NCBI RefSeq assembly: GCF_006345805.1 | Contig: NC_042997.1 | Coordinates: forward strand, 104,036,001 to 104,100,000 | From: Octopus sinensis | Lineage: Eukaryota | Reading direction: 5' to 3' | Length of the DNA stretch: 64,000 nucleotides | Part shown: piece after piece, positions 14,880-28,679 of the stretch | How the letters are laid out: every line of letters begins with the position of its first letter | Position numbering within the stretch: position 1 is the stretch's first letter | Notes under the pieces: model-generated | The model's input: the letters and a program-made list of their open reading frames with translations, nothing else | Database searches by the model: none | Told to the model about the DNA's origin: nothing | Made by a program: the position numbers and the translations under genes

Positions 14880-15372
14880 TGTAGTATCCAAACCTTGCTT
14901 TGTAAATGTCCTTAGTAGTGTACTTTGAGAGTTCATTTACCACATACGGCTACCATGCGTTTCATAATAACATAGTTTCCTCCTCTCTGGTTCTGAAGGT
15001 TCTCAGGATCCAGCCAGCCGTCTGCACTTTGTCGACATCTTGGTAATGTGCACTTGGAAAGAAGTATCATCTTTCATGTCGATACCCCGATCATGCACTG
15101 ATTTAGATTCTGGGATTGTAATCGCTTCTGGGATAGTGCAACCTGTAAGTTTCTCGTTCAGTCTTGGGTGCTAGTATCGCAGGGCTTGGAATTTTCCAGC
15201 ATTAAACTGCATATTATAGTCCTCAGCGCATCTGTAAACTGCGTCCAACTCCTGCTGCAGGCGTGCAAACATCGCTAGGGTTTTGTATTTTATGCGAGAC
15301 TTTCGTATCGTTTGCGTAGCTAGCAAGGGTGACTGTTCTGGCAGCTAAGGGCATATATGAGAGGGCCACTAT
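14880..15372 (-). mobile_element. CR1/L2-like LINE reverse transcriptase fragment
   Basis: Minus strand has LASYANDTKVSHKI (degenerate YADD), then the MQFN..KFQ-equivalent region and WILRTFRTRE. Confidence 0.8.
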
Positions 15373-15380
15373 ATATATAT

Positions 15381-15700
15381 CAGGTTGAGTAAAAAGTAAG
15401 CAACATTTTGAACTATAAAGAATTTGTATAGGATTTTTGCAGAGTTTCAAATTTTTTAAAACATTTTTTTGGCAATTGTTTGATAATACAGACATAGACT
15501 TGCTCAAATGCATCAATAGATTAACATTGTTATTCTTTTCACCGTTGTTACAATAATCTAAAATGGAATTATCAAAGCACGATATTCGCGCAATTTTGCT
15601 ATTCAACTTCAAGAAAAAGACGTAAAGCAACTGAAACTGCACGTGATATCAACGAAACGTTTGGTGAAGAAATGACAAGTGAGTGGTCAACTCGAAAATG
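15381..15700 (+). mobile_element. Mariner 5' fragment (TIR plus N-terminal HTH)
   Basis: Starts after (TA)n. ATG at 15563 gives MELSKHDIRAILLFNFKK..KATETARDINETFGE, a typical mariner HTH. Confidence 0.8.
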
Positions 15701-17589
15701 ATATATTCACTGTAGATACAGTAGCCTCTTTGTCTAAATATACAGCCAATACCCTAATGATATGGTTATAAACCATTCTGGATGCTTGATTCTCTTGAGG
15801 GGTCAGTTTGCTTCTTTTTTTCCCTGATCGCCCAGTTCTGATCGGAGGTAAAATTTCATTGGTCTAGAGATTGGTGATGTCAGCAACTGGTGTTTGAAAA
15901 GGTGTATGGTGTTATTGTACAATGATTTGGAGTTGACTATTCCCTACAGGGAAGTCAACCTAGCAGAACGCCCGACCACCAGAAAGAATTAGACGTCATC
16001 AGAGTTATAACGAATCAAAAATTAGAACCATCTGCGGAAAAACATATATATACACTGATTCCAAAACACTCCGTTAAAAGCGATGGGAAAAAGAATCACA
16101 TGAAAGATGAAAGAAACTGTGACCCCCCCCCCCCCCCCAACTTTTTTGCTATTTTCTTTTCTTATTTATCTCTCCTGTTCACGTATTCTATTATAACTCT
16201 GTTTGACCGAACTTTTAGTAATCCAAATTTTTTATATTCTTCGCCGATCATTTTTGATCTTATCTACCCCTGTCATTGAATTTTGTGAATATTTAACCAT
16301 TTAAACATGTGTTCTACTTCTCAATTTTAAATTGTTAAAATCTCATTGTTTTATATACATTTATGCCATTGACAAACAAAAAATTGTTGAAATTAGTTTG
16401 GTATTTATGTAAATAAATTTATTTAAAAAGAATTACAGGTCTTTCAAATTCAGTTGCATTTTTAAAAAACGAATTCTCCTATATTTTTTTCCTGCATGGA
16501 AATAAACTCCTATTCATATATATATATATACGCACACGTATATGTAATGATTTTTAGTTTGCAAGTATTTTGAAATTCTGCATTGTTCTATGAAATTATT
16601 TAGACACTATCTTCTCAATAAATTTCTTTATGTCATTCCTTTGTTCTTGTTACACACCAATTCTCCTATACACACGCGAATGCTCACGCACATATGCATA
16701 CATACGTTGATATATACTTATATCCACATACACACTCATATACATATATATATATATATTTGTGTATGTGTGTTTGTGTTTGTATGTTTGGTTAATAGAA
16801 TTCACTTTAAAAACGAAGTGAATTGAAATCGCTCATCATAATACTCCCCAGCTCTCTTTATCTTTCAATTCCAGGATGACATGTTTCTTATTGTTGTTGT
16901 TGCTATTTTGTATCTTTGTCGAAACAATTTTAAGCAGTAAACTTTGATAAGTAATCTCTATTCTAACATAGTTTAGCTTCTTCCAAGTACAAACCTGTTG
17001 TTCGTATTACAACGACTTCGTTGCGAGCTGAGTAATGTAGAGTTGTGTTATCCTGTATTTGTTACCTTAATTAACGCGTTATCTTGCTCTTCAATTAGAG
17101 CGATAATGCAAGAGGAAAGAACGCAGAGTGGGGTTTCTAGTTAACAATTAGGACAGTTAAATTATGGTAGCTTTTCGCAGTTCATTCTTCACGTCTAGTT
17201 TTTATTGCAATTATTGTTTTATACTCGTTTTAGTTCTTACTCGATGCTTATTTTTCTTTTTTATTGTAGTTTTTTTTTTAAACGATGATACTCATTTTGC
17301 ATGTTCTGCTGGTGGTGGTGGTGGAATGGTGAGGGTTATTACGGTGGTAGTGATAGTGGAACTGGAAGAGATAGCAAGATAATTCATTTCCAGAAGAAAT
17401 TAACAGTGGTGATAAGCCAGCGCAAACGATATCAACTTTGTATTTTACAAAGCTGAATCAGATGAACAAAGGAGAATACAAGATAAGTTTGTATTTAAGT
17501 AATAAAATAAACTCGCACACGTTCACATTAGAAATATTCATACACACACACAAAAATGCATCTCTCCAGTTCCAAATCTACGCATGTAT

Positions 17590-17738
17590 TAATACATACA
17601 CACATATATATATATGTATATATATACATACATGCATACATATATATATATATATACATGCATATATATACATACATACACACACATATATATACATGCA
17701 TATATATATCTATATATCTATCTATATATATATATTAT

Positions 17739-17791
<53 letters not shown>

Positions 17792-18187
17792 TATACATAT
17801 ATATCTATATATATACATATATTCTATCTATATACAGACATACATATACATATATGTATGTATATACAATCCGTTTGAATGTGTGTCACTGTTAAACAGA
17901 ATGTAAATAGTCTAAATGAAGCAGCTTCACTTGCACCCGTTATATCCTTCCCGCTTCTATTATTTCTTATCAATAGACTGCCTCAAGGAAGAATGTTAGT
18001 GCTTTTTATTTTTTTCTTTCGCTTTTTCCTGCCAGGTTTGTCGACATTAAAACCTGGAAGTATACAAGCACAAATGCAATCAAGCACACATGCACCGACA
18101 CAACCTATTAAGTATGTATGTGGAGGCGTGTATCTGCTTGTGTATGTGTGTGTAATGGATGTGTATGTGTATATATATGTATGTATA

Positions 18188-18247
<60 letters not shown>

Positions 18248-18369
18248 ATATATATATATAAAAGTATGTATGTGCATATATATATATAGATATATATATA
18301 AATACAAATATATACATACATATAATACACATACACATCCATACACACACACACACACACACACACACA

Positions 18370-18407
<38 letters not shown>

Positions 18408-18420
18408 GCACTCATACACA
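17590..18420. repeat. TA/CA-rich microsatellite fields
   Basis: Seen directly. Confidence 0.9.
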
Positions 18421-19029
18421 CAATTCTTCACTGGCAAAAACGCCTAAATTATCGACTTCGAACTGAGGAAATATTTGTCCAATGTGTATATTAAATGTTA
18501 TTGTCTCGGCTCTTGGCGTTCTGAGCTCAAATATCAACAGCATCAACTTTCAATTCTAGTATTCATGATGGAAGAGCCAGTCAAGTTGTGCGTGTTCTCT
18601 TTCAGTGTCTGCTTGCATCTCTTTCTACCTCATAGTTCATCTCTCTTTCTCACTTTTAGGATCACTTCCAATGAGATGCTATGAGATGATTATTAGCTGT
18701 GTTCCCTCTACACTCAACGCCCGCGAGGGTACATTTAAGCTTTAAAACTAGAAAAGAAGGAAATGTGCGCAAAAATAGGATTTTTAACTGAAGAAATTTG
18801 AGCGAACTCGCAGGGATGCCCACAAACTTTGCAAATATGAACAAAACGCGGAAAGAAGGAAACTTCTGCGCACAGCCACATCAACGAAATTAGAGTGAAC
18901 ACTGGTTGTTGGGATTACCCATAGTGTTTCAATTCTCCAGGAAACGCGGTAGTGTTATGACCGTGAGCCCTCTCTTCTAGGACGATACTAAACAATCCAC
19001 AGAAAAGAAGAGAATATGACGGAATTTAA

Positions 19030-19400
19030 TCTCTCTATATATAAAGCTGAGGTTGTCTGTGTATGGCAGGTTTGGTAGCCTTCAACTAACACTATCTCCT
19101 CCGAGACCCTGAGGCGCAAGTTGACCAAAATTGAGAGTATGATAGAAGGCTTGCTCTTCCTTCCGTAGGAGAAAAAATTCAGATCAGACCATGTTAACAC
19201 CAAAAATTATTTACATCTAAAAGGTGCTTTTTTTCTATGAAAATTCCTATTTTTTACGATTTTTTGACTGCTTTGTCGCCATTTTTCGGTGTATTTCAAC
19301 TAGAAAAATGTTCACTTAAAGCTACATAATGCGAAATTTTTACTTTTCAAAAATTCCAATTCTAAAGGGTCGAAATAAACCCGAGCAACGCCGGGCGATA
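19030..19400 (+). mobile_element. Non-autonomous Helitron; terminal CTAG lost
   Basis: A|TCTCTCTATATATAAAG...TGTCTGTG 5' end and a 3' hairpin CCCGAGCAACGCCGGGCGATA shared with the copies at 42023 and 53143. Confidence 0.7.
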
Positions 19401-19665
19401 ATCAATAAAAATAACGTATACTCTGCATTAGTTTGAAATTAATCGAATTTTTGGGTGTTGCCTTCTTGAAATCTTTTTCTTCATTATAAATAAAGTGTAT
19501 ATATATATTCGAGTGAGTGAACAAGTGAAAGAAATTATCACTTTGTAGAAATTACAAAATAACGGTTTGATGCAAATTCTAGGTGCTGGACAAGACAGGT
19601 TTGTTTCATGACCCCGGGAAACTTTCAGTTGCATAGACCCGAATGAAACTGTTATTAAATAAGTA

Positions 19666-19697
<32 letters not shown>

Positions 19698-20479
19698 TTG
19701 GTGTGTGTGTGTGTGTGCTTGTGTGTGTGTGAGTGTGTGTACGTATAAATTTGTGTATATATATTTGATATTGACGTCTTTTTAAATTTAGAATTTTCGA
19801 ATGTGGAAGAAGTATGAGCATCATAATAGCCACTTTTCTCTTTAACGCTCTCTCGCTACATAATATATATATAGATATATATCTAATATGTATATATATA
19901 TATATATATATACATATCTACATACATACATGTATAATACATACATACACATATGTGTATTTACACACATATATACATATCTACATACAAACAAAAAGAC
20001 GCTTGTGTTTGTAATAATAAAAATCATGTTTAACTGATCCAATGATATTAAAGAAATTAAATGGAAGGAAATACAATTACATGAGTGAAACGATGCAAGC
20101 CCGATAAAATATTATAAGACGAGTATGCTTGCTATATTAGATGCCAGTATCCAGTATCCGCAATGTTAACAAAAAGGAAATCATGCATTAAGGACCAGCC
20201 AAAGTCATAATAATTATTCGCTGTCATTGGTTTATGTGCTCCAGCATACGATTCAAAACGTGTAATAAAATGAAGGCTTTAAGGCGTGTAAGGCAGTTGG
20301 TGTCTTCCATGAAACTCTTTGTCTTATTCTGTTTTCCTTTAGCTCCTTACTATCATTTCTGACGGTTTCAAACTCATATCCCCTGTTAGCCTACGTATTT
20401 CAACATGAGAATTGCAGCTAGTAACTCTAGCTGCTCCTGCGCTGAAGCCCCTCGGCTCCTCAGGGCTTTACCTTGTAAT

Positions 20480-21030
20480 CGCCCAAAATCACTGAAGAGA
20501 AAGCTATTTAACTTGCTTTTCATTCTACTCTGGTTATTCTCATTTCTACGATCGTTGGTTCCATCCGACCTTTCAGGAATAGTTTTCTCTCAGGCTATTT
20601 GTGAGTAAAAAGGGCCAGTCTATTCTCAATATCTTCCCAGTTTCTACCCATTTGGATGTCTGTACGGAGTGCACATCAAACACCTTGACTGAGCCAGCAG
20701 TTCAGAGACAAAGGCTGCTATGCCACATGCTATCCCACATGCACTTTAGTGAGCACAGTTACAGGTCAGTAGTAGATTAATCTTGAGCAACGTCACATAT
20801 CCTGGCATCACACAGCTCAAATATTCCAAATCTTCTGCCAGTTGCAATAGACAGCTGCGAGAACAGTAGCGAACAAGTTTGGCAAGCAACAATGAAGTTC
20901 GTAGGATAGACCATCCAGTCACGGCGATTTGCCCACCATACAGCCGCTCATCACGTCTGCTACTTCACCTGCTGATGTCAGTTTTTCACAGCATCCAGCG
21001 TCTTCAGCCACAATAAGAATGGTGGAGTTG
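20480..21030 (-). mobile_element. Degenerate, internally deleted Tx1-like LINE fragment
   Basis: Reverse complement aligns by eye with 60450-60620 (KSPGLDGLPYEL...AVYCNWQ region) and with 61430-61530 (NW..I...W.ERKLSLKGR region). Confidence 0.7.
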
Positions 21031-21820
21031 ATAGTGGTTTTGACGATTATGGCAGTGGCGGATTTAGAGGTACTTGTGGTGATGAGTTTTAACAATATCT
21101 TTATTGAGAGTGTCAGCTTATTTTCATTTTATTTTATGGCGCAATAAATGTTGATGATATACTGATGAAGAATAGGTATTAGGCAGAAGTAGAATGAAAA
21201 GATGAGGGGATATGAATGAAGGAGCTGTAAAGCGAGACTGGCGGCACAAGAAGAAGAAGAAGAAGAAGAAGAAGAAGAAGAAGAAGAGAAGAAGAAGAAG
21301 AAGAAGAAGAAGAAGAAGAAGAAGAAGAAGAAGAAGAAGAAAATCGCCACCACCACTAACACTAGCACCAGCAACAATACAACAATAATAAGTTTGTGTA
21401 TGGGGACAGAAAAAAGCAGGGGGAAGGGTCGGACAGGAAAAAATGTATTGTAAGAAAACAAATTAAGATCGACTTGACTGGTGTTGAAATAATGCCAGTA
21501 TTGGCTGGTGGCGGAGCGGATGTATTTATCGGATGGTGAGGTGTGGTGCCAAGTTGTGTTATAGATTCAACGTCACCAGCTGAATCGCAAAAAATAATAA
21601 TAATATAATAATAATAATAATAATAACACAGCAGAGCGTCAAAGTCAGTGATCTTAATGAAATACAGGAAAGAAATAAATAGGTAAATTGTTAGCAAAAG
21701 AAGAATTAGTAAGAATAGTGATAGTTTCATTGTTCGAAACCAAGACTTTTGCTTCGCTTCACTTGGCACAAAAAGATACCAAACGTCATATACATACAAA
21801 CACGCATACACACACACACA

Positions 21821-21860
<40 letters not shown>

Positions 21861-22124
21861 CACACACACATATATATATATAGGTACGTAGGTATGAGTT
21901 TATATATGTATATGTATGAGCGTATGTTAATACGTTCTTGTATGTATGCCAGAAGATATATAAGTGTCTATATGTGTAGGTAGGTGCTTGGTTTGGAGTG
22001 TGTACGTCTATGAGTTTGTGTGCGTGTGTGTGAATGTGTGTGGAGGTGTGTGTAATGATATGTTTTTGTGCTTTGCATATGTCTATGTATAATATGTATG
22101 TGCTTATTTAATTCCTTTAGTTTT

Positions 22125-22155
<31 letters not shown>

Positions 22156-22699
22156 TTGTCTCTATCTCTCTCTCTCTCTCTGACATACACTCTTACACAC
22201 AGACGCACATATATGCACAAACATAAAACACAAACACACATATATTATATTTTGCATCTCCAAGGGGTAAATGTTTAGTATCGTGTAGGAAGGTGTCATT
22301 ATAAACACATTTATATAGCATACGCATATGACCAAATAGCATTGCCAAACATTTCGCATAAATCATTTCAATTGCATGTCGTTGAAGGGGCAAAGTTAAA
22401 TAATGAGAAAAGAACTCGACCAACTCATACCTGCTTAATTACTTGGCTTCTTTGCTTGTTTTGCAAATGCAATATATTTTCTATACATACAGACAATGAT
22501 AAACATACCTACATGATATATAAAATTCTATGTAGAAATCCCATCATGTACACATACAGATGAATGCCTGCCTTTACGAATACGTTATTACATATGCTTG
22601 CCTGCATCTATGAAAGGAGGTACGTTTCTGTAGGTAATATTGTGTTTTGTTTTCATGTACATGCACTAACTTAACTGCTTATACGTTTAACAATAATGC

Positions 22700-23209
<510 letters not shown>

Positions 23210-23260
23210 GAGAAAATTTTAGATCAACAAAGAAACAAAGTGGATCAAATCTGTAGATTA

Positions 23261-23607
23261 TTTTTTAATACAAAACATGACATAACAATTCTTACTGCAG
23301 TTTCAGCTTCCAATGTCAGTCGGTGCCTTCGAAGCTATTGACTTCCAAGCTCTACGATGGAAGAGGGTATGATTTTAATATATTGAGCCTCTTGGCTTTT
23401 TCTCTAGGCCATGTTTTTTTCCTTTTCCCTCTTCTATTAGTTGATTATTTGGATGCTTTTATATTCACTCTGATGAAGCTCCATGTACTAATTCAAATAT
23501 CGTATGAAGTTGAACTATGTTATTATCGTAATTCTTCGGTAGGTACCGACTGACATTGGAAGCGGAAACAGCCGTAAGAATTGTTATTTCATGTTTTGTA
23601 TTAAAAA
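23261..23607. repeat. Fold-back element with about 67-bp inverted arms, probably a Penelope pseudo-LTR derivative
   Basis: Arms at 23261-23328 and 23541-23607 are reverse complements with few mismatches. CTGATGA at 23470, and GAAAC plus a palindrome in each arm. Confidence 0.7.
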
Positions 23608-23833
23608 TAGTGTTCTCCATTTCCTGAATATTCAAATTTGATTCCTGATAAACTTTTGTTTATTATGTTGTTACCTTATCATACGAGCATACTGTGCCTG
23701 GACACCCATGCCCAGAAATAGCACAGGTAGCTAATACCGATAGTAAATACGGATATTTTATCCATTAGTCGGTTAGTATAACCGATAACTCTGCTTACCT
23801 GTTATATATCCACATATACATATATATGTACAT

Positions 23834-23864
<31 letters not shown>

Positions 23865-23884
23865 CATACTTACATATATATACA

Positions 23885-23990
<106 letters not shown>

Positions 23991-24104
23991 CATATATATA
24001 TGTGTGTGTGTGAGCACGTGTGCGTGTATATGTATATTTGTGTATCTGTTTATATCTATGTATCATGGTATGCACGAATGTTTTACATTCGGAATCAATG
24101 TTCT

Positions 24105-25470
24105 AGAAACGGAGTCACAGCCAGTTCTTTTCTCACATACTTTGCTGTTCCCAACAGCAGATTTCTGAATTAGTGCAAGTCTCGTTCTTACACCAAGCTC
24201 AATAAGAGAAACGTTGAATCTGTTGGTAACGGCACCGAGGGCACCTAATGCAATTGGGATTACTTTTGTGGAGTCCCTCCACAGTGGTCGTATTTCCCAA
24301 ACCAAATCCCGGTATTTTCCTATTTTCTCCTGCTCTTTGGCCCCTACATTCATGCCCGCAGATATAGCAACATTTATAATGATACACTTTTTTCTCTTCG
24401 CGTTGCATGAATTTCGCGATCAGGCTGTACATTAAAATCCCATTTAATTTTATTCTGGTCGTTCTCTATTACGTTTTCTGGTTGATGATCGTACAATTTC
24501 TTTCTACTTAAAACCATCTTTGACGAAATATATCACAGTGTAGTCCCTTGGGCATAGAGTCATGTCTGCATCTATATTCCTCATCTGTCAAAAGACTACA
24601 GGATCATATTACGCGCATAACGGATTCCTCTTTCTCATTACATACTCTGCACTTAGCACTTTTCGTGGATTTGCCTATTTTTGGCCATAAGGATATTCGT
24701 CCGCAATGACTGGCTTTGAGCACCCATTATGAGCCTTGCCGTTTTTTTCTTAAGGCCTCCATTTTTCAGCCATAACCAAGACTCCGCTGCTGCGATATCC
24801 TGCGTTTGTCTGATACGCTTCATGCGTAATTCTTTTTTTTCTCAGATGTTTCATTCTTTTCTTCTAATCCGTTGCTGTCTCTGCAGTTTCTTTTTTTTTT
24901 CTCCTCTGGCAGCTGGAATCAGTGTTCTGAGTTGCTTCTCACATATTTTTCTATATCACATTTGGCCATCTCTACAGAATCTTCTATTAACATCAGTCTC
25001 CTCCCGCTTCTTCCGTGGTAAGTATAATCTATCGACACTGTCTCTGGGATATAATGACCTGGATATGGAAATTATCTTTCTGGTCTTACAATCTGTCCCT
25101 TAGTTCTTCCTTAGTTCAGTCCAGGAAAGCTGAATATCGTATTACAGAGATCGCCAATATTTTTACTGTGGAGATGCTTTTTGTCTCCATTTAGTTTTGA
25201 ACCTAGAACTCTTTTTACTCTCCTGAGACATTCGTTTCTCATTGTCACTTTAATTTCTTACAAGAGGATTCTATCTGCCTCCGATATACCTAGGTACATG
25301 TAACGGTTACCCTCATTTATTGTTTGGATTAATATCTTATATGGGAGTTTAATCCCTTCTGATTTGGATATTTTCCCTCGCTTTATCAACAGCATCGCAC
25401 ATTTGTCAATAGAAAAGAGAGTGGTGGTAGTGGGGGATACGTAAAAGTAAAATAGGTTGCTGAGCAAAAT
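24105..25470 (-). mobile_element. R4/Dong-clade LINE, degenerate 3' half
   Basis: Minus strand: DKCAMLLIKRGK...YMYLGISEAD, DRLYLPRK, QSLRTN...KCR, EQEKIGKYRDLVWEIRPLW..VIPIALGALG. Confidence 0.85.
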
Positions 25471-25538
25471 GTGAATATAAAGAGGTTCTTGAGTAAATAA
25501 TGTTAAAAAGATTTTATTATTATAATAGTTATTAATTA

Positions 25539-26290
25539 TCTATCATATAAAATCCATTCTATCTGTGTGTGTGTGTGTGTGTGTCTTCTAGGATCTCGGG
25601 CATCGTCCATCCGATTTCGCTCAAATTTGATACGTAGATACCGACGGTGTCAGTGCGTGTATAAGTCTTGAAAAAATTACAAAAATCGATTCCAGGTGAG
25701 AATGCGATCGATAAAGCCGTGGGAACGTGTATTGGTACGCGCAAATACATCAGCTGTACTTCAACTGGTACTTTAAACTCTTCGGTTGCATATTTGTGCG
25801 AATAAAATCGTTTTTCTTTGGAATAGCACTGGAGGTATCAGCGGGCGCGTCTCCCCCGGCCCGAGAGGGTCGGGAAACCTCTGAACCACCTCCCGTGATA
25901 GGGATCGGGGCCTGGAACCAACCCCGTGAACGAGGAATTCCCGGTAGGCGCGGGTCATCAGCCCGCGTCGATCACGTCCCTGCCCTTTGTACACACCGCC
26001 TGTCGCTACTACCGATCGAACGGTCCGGTGAGGTCCTCGGATCTGGCCGACGAGTCCGCTTACGCGCGGCGGCGTTCCGCGCCGTCGTCGGCGCGTTCTC
26101 TGATGGCCCGGAGAAGACGACCGAACCCGATCTTTATTTCTTTTTTTGCTGGTGTCTCAAATTTAGGTTAAATCAGTGTTTCTTAAAGGGGAGGCCTATG
26201 GGACGGTCGGGCAAGTTGTTTTGAGAAAATTTGGTTTAGATGTTTGACAACTGAGCACCGTTCATTGGACGTGGGGGGTCGTTTTGCTCG
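25539..26290 (+). mobile_element. Helitron-like non-autonomous element, family H2 copy A, carrying an 18S rRNA fragment
   Basis: A|TCTATCATATAAAATC 5' end, (TG)n, shared core with 30658-31028 and 54990-55539, subterminal hairpin (ACCGT[C/T]CATTGGACG[G]T) and CTCG end. Confidence 0.75.
25826..26130 (+). pseudogene. 18S rRNA gene fragment (3' major domain end and helix 44 region), dispersed copy
   Basis: Contains GTGAACGAGGAATTCCC..GTAGGCGCGGGTCATCAGC, GTCCCTGCCCTTTGTACACACCGCC(T)GTCGCTACTACCGAT, GTGAGGTCCTCGGATC and GAGAAGACGACCGAAC, all conserved eukaryotic SSU rRNA motifs. No flanking rDNA. Confidence 0.95.
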
Positions 26291-26459
26291 GTACGTTATA
26301 AACTTATATGAAAATAAAGGTTATAATACAATGAATATTTTAACAAAGTATATGCAATTTTAACCAAGTTTAACAAAGTTGATGGAAATTTAAAAAAATC
26401 TCAAAATCGATTTTCCTAATGCGCAGCGAGGTTACGGAATTATAGTCAAGACTTGTTTG

Positions 26460-27655
26460 AGCTGGAACCAACATTTTTGGGAGTTTAATGGAGAAGCGTC
26501 TTTGGGCGCTGAACGGACGGACCGGTTAAATTGCTCGGGGTCTGTTTTGGTGCAGACCTCCAGATGGACAAAAACTGGGACGAGGTAACGAGCAAGGTGA
26601 CTACTATCACTCAGAAATGGGCCGAGAGAAAGTTATCCCTGAAAGGTCGGACACAGATGGCTAACGCGTATATTGCGTCCATCATCTATTATCGCGTGAC
26701 CGCTGTGCCTTGTCCTGGCCACCGTCTGATTACGCTGGAGAGTATACTCTTCTGATTCTTGTGGAAGGTACGCGTCCCGTTGGTCAGGCGGTCTATCTGC
26801 TGTCAGCACCCGTTGTGTGGCGGCCTGGGCATGTTGTGGTTGATGGTACGCAGACATGCACTGAGGCTACGATATCTCCAGTGCTTCATTGATGGTGAAC
26901 AGTTGTGATCGGCTTTTGCCAGACACATATTTTCGCAGCTGGTTTCCTTAACGAAGCTGCAGTCCTGATTAAAAGAGAGACCGAGTGGGAGCATTTGGAA
27001 GGTGGAATGTCATCAAGCGCTCGCATCCCCCAGCCAATTGCGCAATGTGTTAGATGGTACGCCCACTTTAGCTTATTATAGAGGATTAGTGGAGGAAAAG
27101 TGCAACGACGTTCTCGGGGAGATCTTGGGCGAAGAAAATCAGCTATTCGCTATTCGTTCTTTTCTGGAGAACTTTCAGTCCGGAACTGATGGATAATTTC
27201 CAAAAATCTCGTATCTGGCAGTGCTACCGGGAGCTTTGTTTGTTCGAGATAAACGTTACAGGCACGGAAGTGTCGTCAGCCTAGCATGTCCGAAATGCGC
27301 GCAGGACGACGAAACAGCCCAGTCGACTGAATCCACTGTGAAGATCGTCTCGCCTTCTTCCTTTAACCGGAAAGGAAAGACTGTTTTTATATGCCTGGTG
27401 GCCATGGCGAAAGAGATTGTATGGTGGACTAGATTGAAGGGGCTAAAGATAAACACTTTTCTTTTTGGCCAATCCCTGATGAACTTGGAAAGGAAAATAA
27501 TAATAGAGAGGGAAGTGTTGTCTTCTCGCCAGTTTGCTGAAAGATGGATTAAAGTGGCGAGAATGGCGCGGGTGAAAGGAAATGAAAAAAGGCACCTGTC
27601 CCAAAAGTCAGAGTACCCAGGGTTTTTATGTGGTCTTTCCATGAGCAGCCCTTGA
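26460..27655 (+). mobile_element. Degenerate Tx1-like LINE 3' fragment
   Basis: LLGVCFGADLQMDKNWDEVTSKV...WAERKLSLKGR and CPKCAQDDET...RWIKVARMAR parallel 61400-62560. Confidence 0.85.
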
Positions 27656-27899
27656 ACGTCTCGTCTCTATTGAGAATTACACATTGCTGACTTATTTTTC
27701 TTTCTTTCTCTTTTTATTTTGTTAGTCTTGTTTACACGTAAGACCCTCACAACAACATACACTCACACACACACACACTCTTTGTTTTCTCCTGTGCTAA
27801 ACATAATGTTTCTCTTAATGTAAACCCTTGTGTTAATAAAGAAATAATAATAATAAAAATAATAATAATAATTATCATCATCATCATCATCATCATCAA

Positions 27900-27957
<58 letters not shown>

Positions 27958-28199
27958 TTTCGATTCTGTTTCCATTTCTTGCTGAGTGTCTTTCTGTCAC
28001 TTAGGGCACAGAAATGTCATTGTATGCATTTTTAGGCAATTAAAATAAAGACACCGAATCGTTCATTTACAAAGTCATGTGATAGTGAAAAGGAGGAAGA
28101 AAAGCAGAGAGAAAAAGGAAAAAAATTAAAAATTAAAAATTAAACTAAGAAAATAAAAGAGAAAAAAGGAAAGAAAATTCACAGCGACAATATTCTTCT

Positions 28200-28679
28200 C
28201 AATACGTGTGACATATTTTTCTTTTTCGATCTTTCCAAGTGCTACTACAATCACTGGTATTGTAACCGTTTAGAGATGCCACATCTTTTCCATTTCGATT
28301 AACAAATCTTTATATTTACCGAGCTCATCAAATTCTTTTGCCAAAATGTTATGGTCACAAGTTCTGCTCATGTTTATCAATAAATAGACTTTATTGTTTT
28401 GGTCTTTCACAATATTTCACAATATCTGGTCTTATAGATTCGATGGTCTGGTCTTTACATATTAGAAAGTCCCTAAGAGTTGTTACATTTTCTCCGTCAG
28501 TTACACCTTCAGAGTACTACTTTTACCATTTGTCAACAGTTCTGGTTTTATAAAGCCAACTGGTCAACTCTGTCATGTCTTGATTTATACTCTACATGTG
28601 CTAAATCTTACACCCAGAGATTAGGTGTTCTACTGTTTCAATCCTGTCGTTGCAGCATCGGCACTTTGGGACTACTCCA

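Noticed and set aside
25826-26130. Functional rDNA unit or contaminant contig
   Set aside because: Only 305 bp of 18S, with no ITS/5.8S/28S neighbours, a substitution in the universal ACACCGCCCGTC motif, and precise embedding in a repeat found elsewhere in the window.
25727-26224. 165-aa GC-rich ORF and overlapping ORFs
   Set aside because: They arise from the GC-rich rRNA fragment; not a protein gene.
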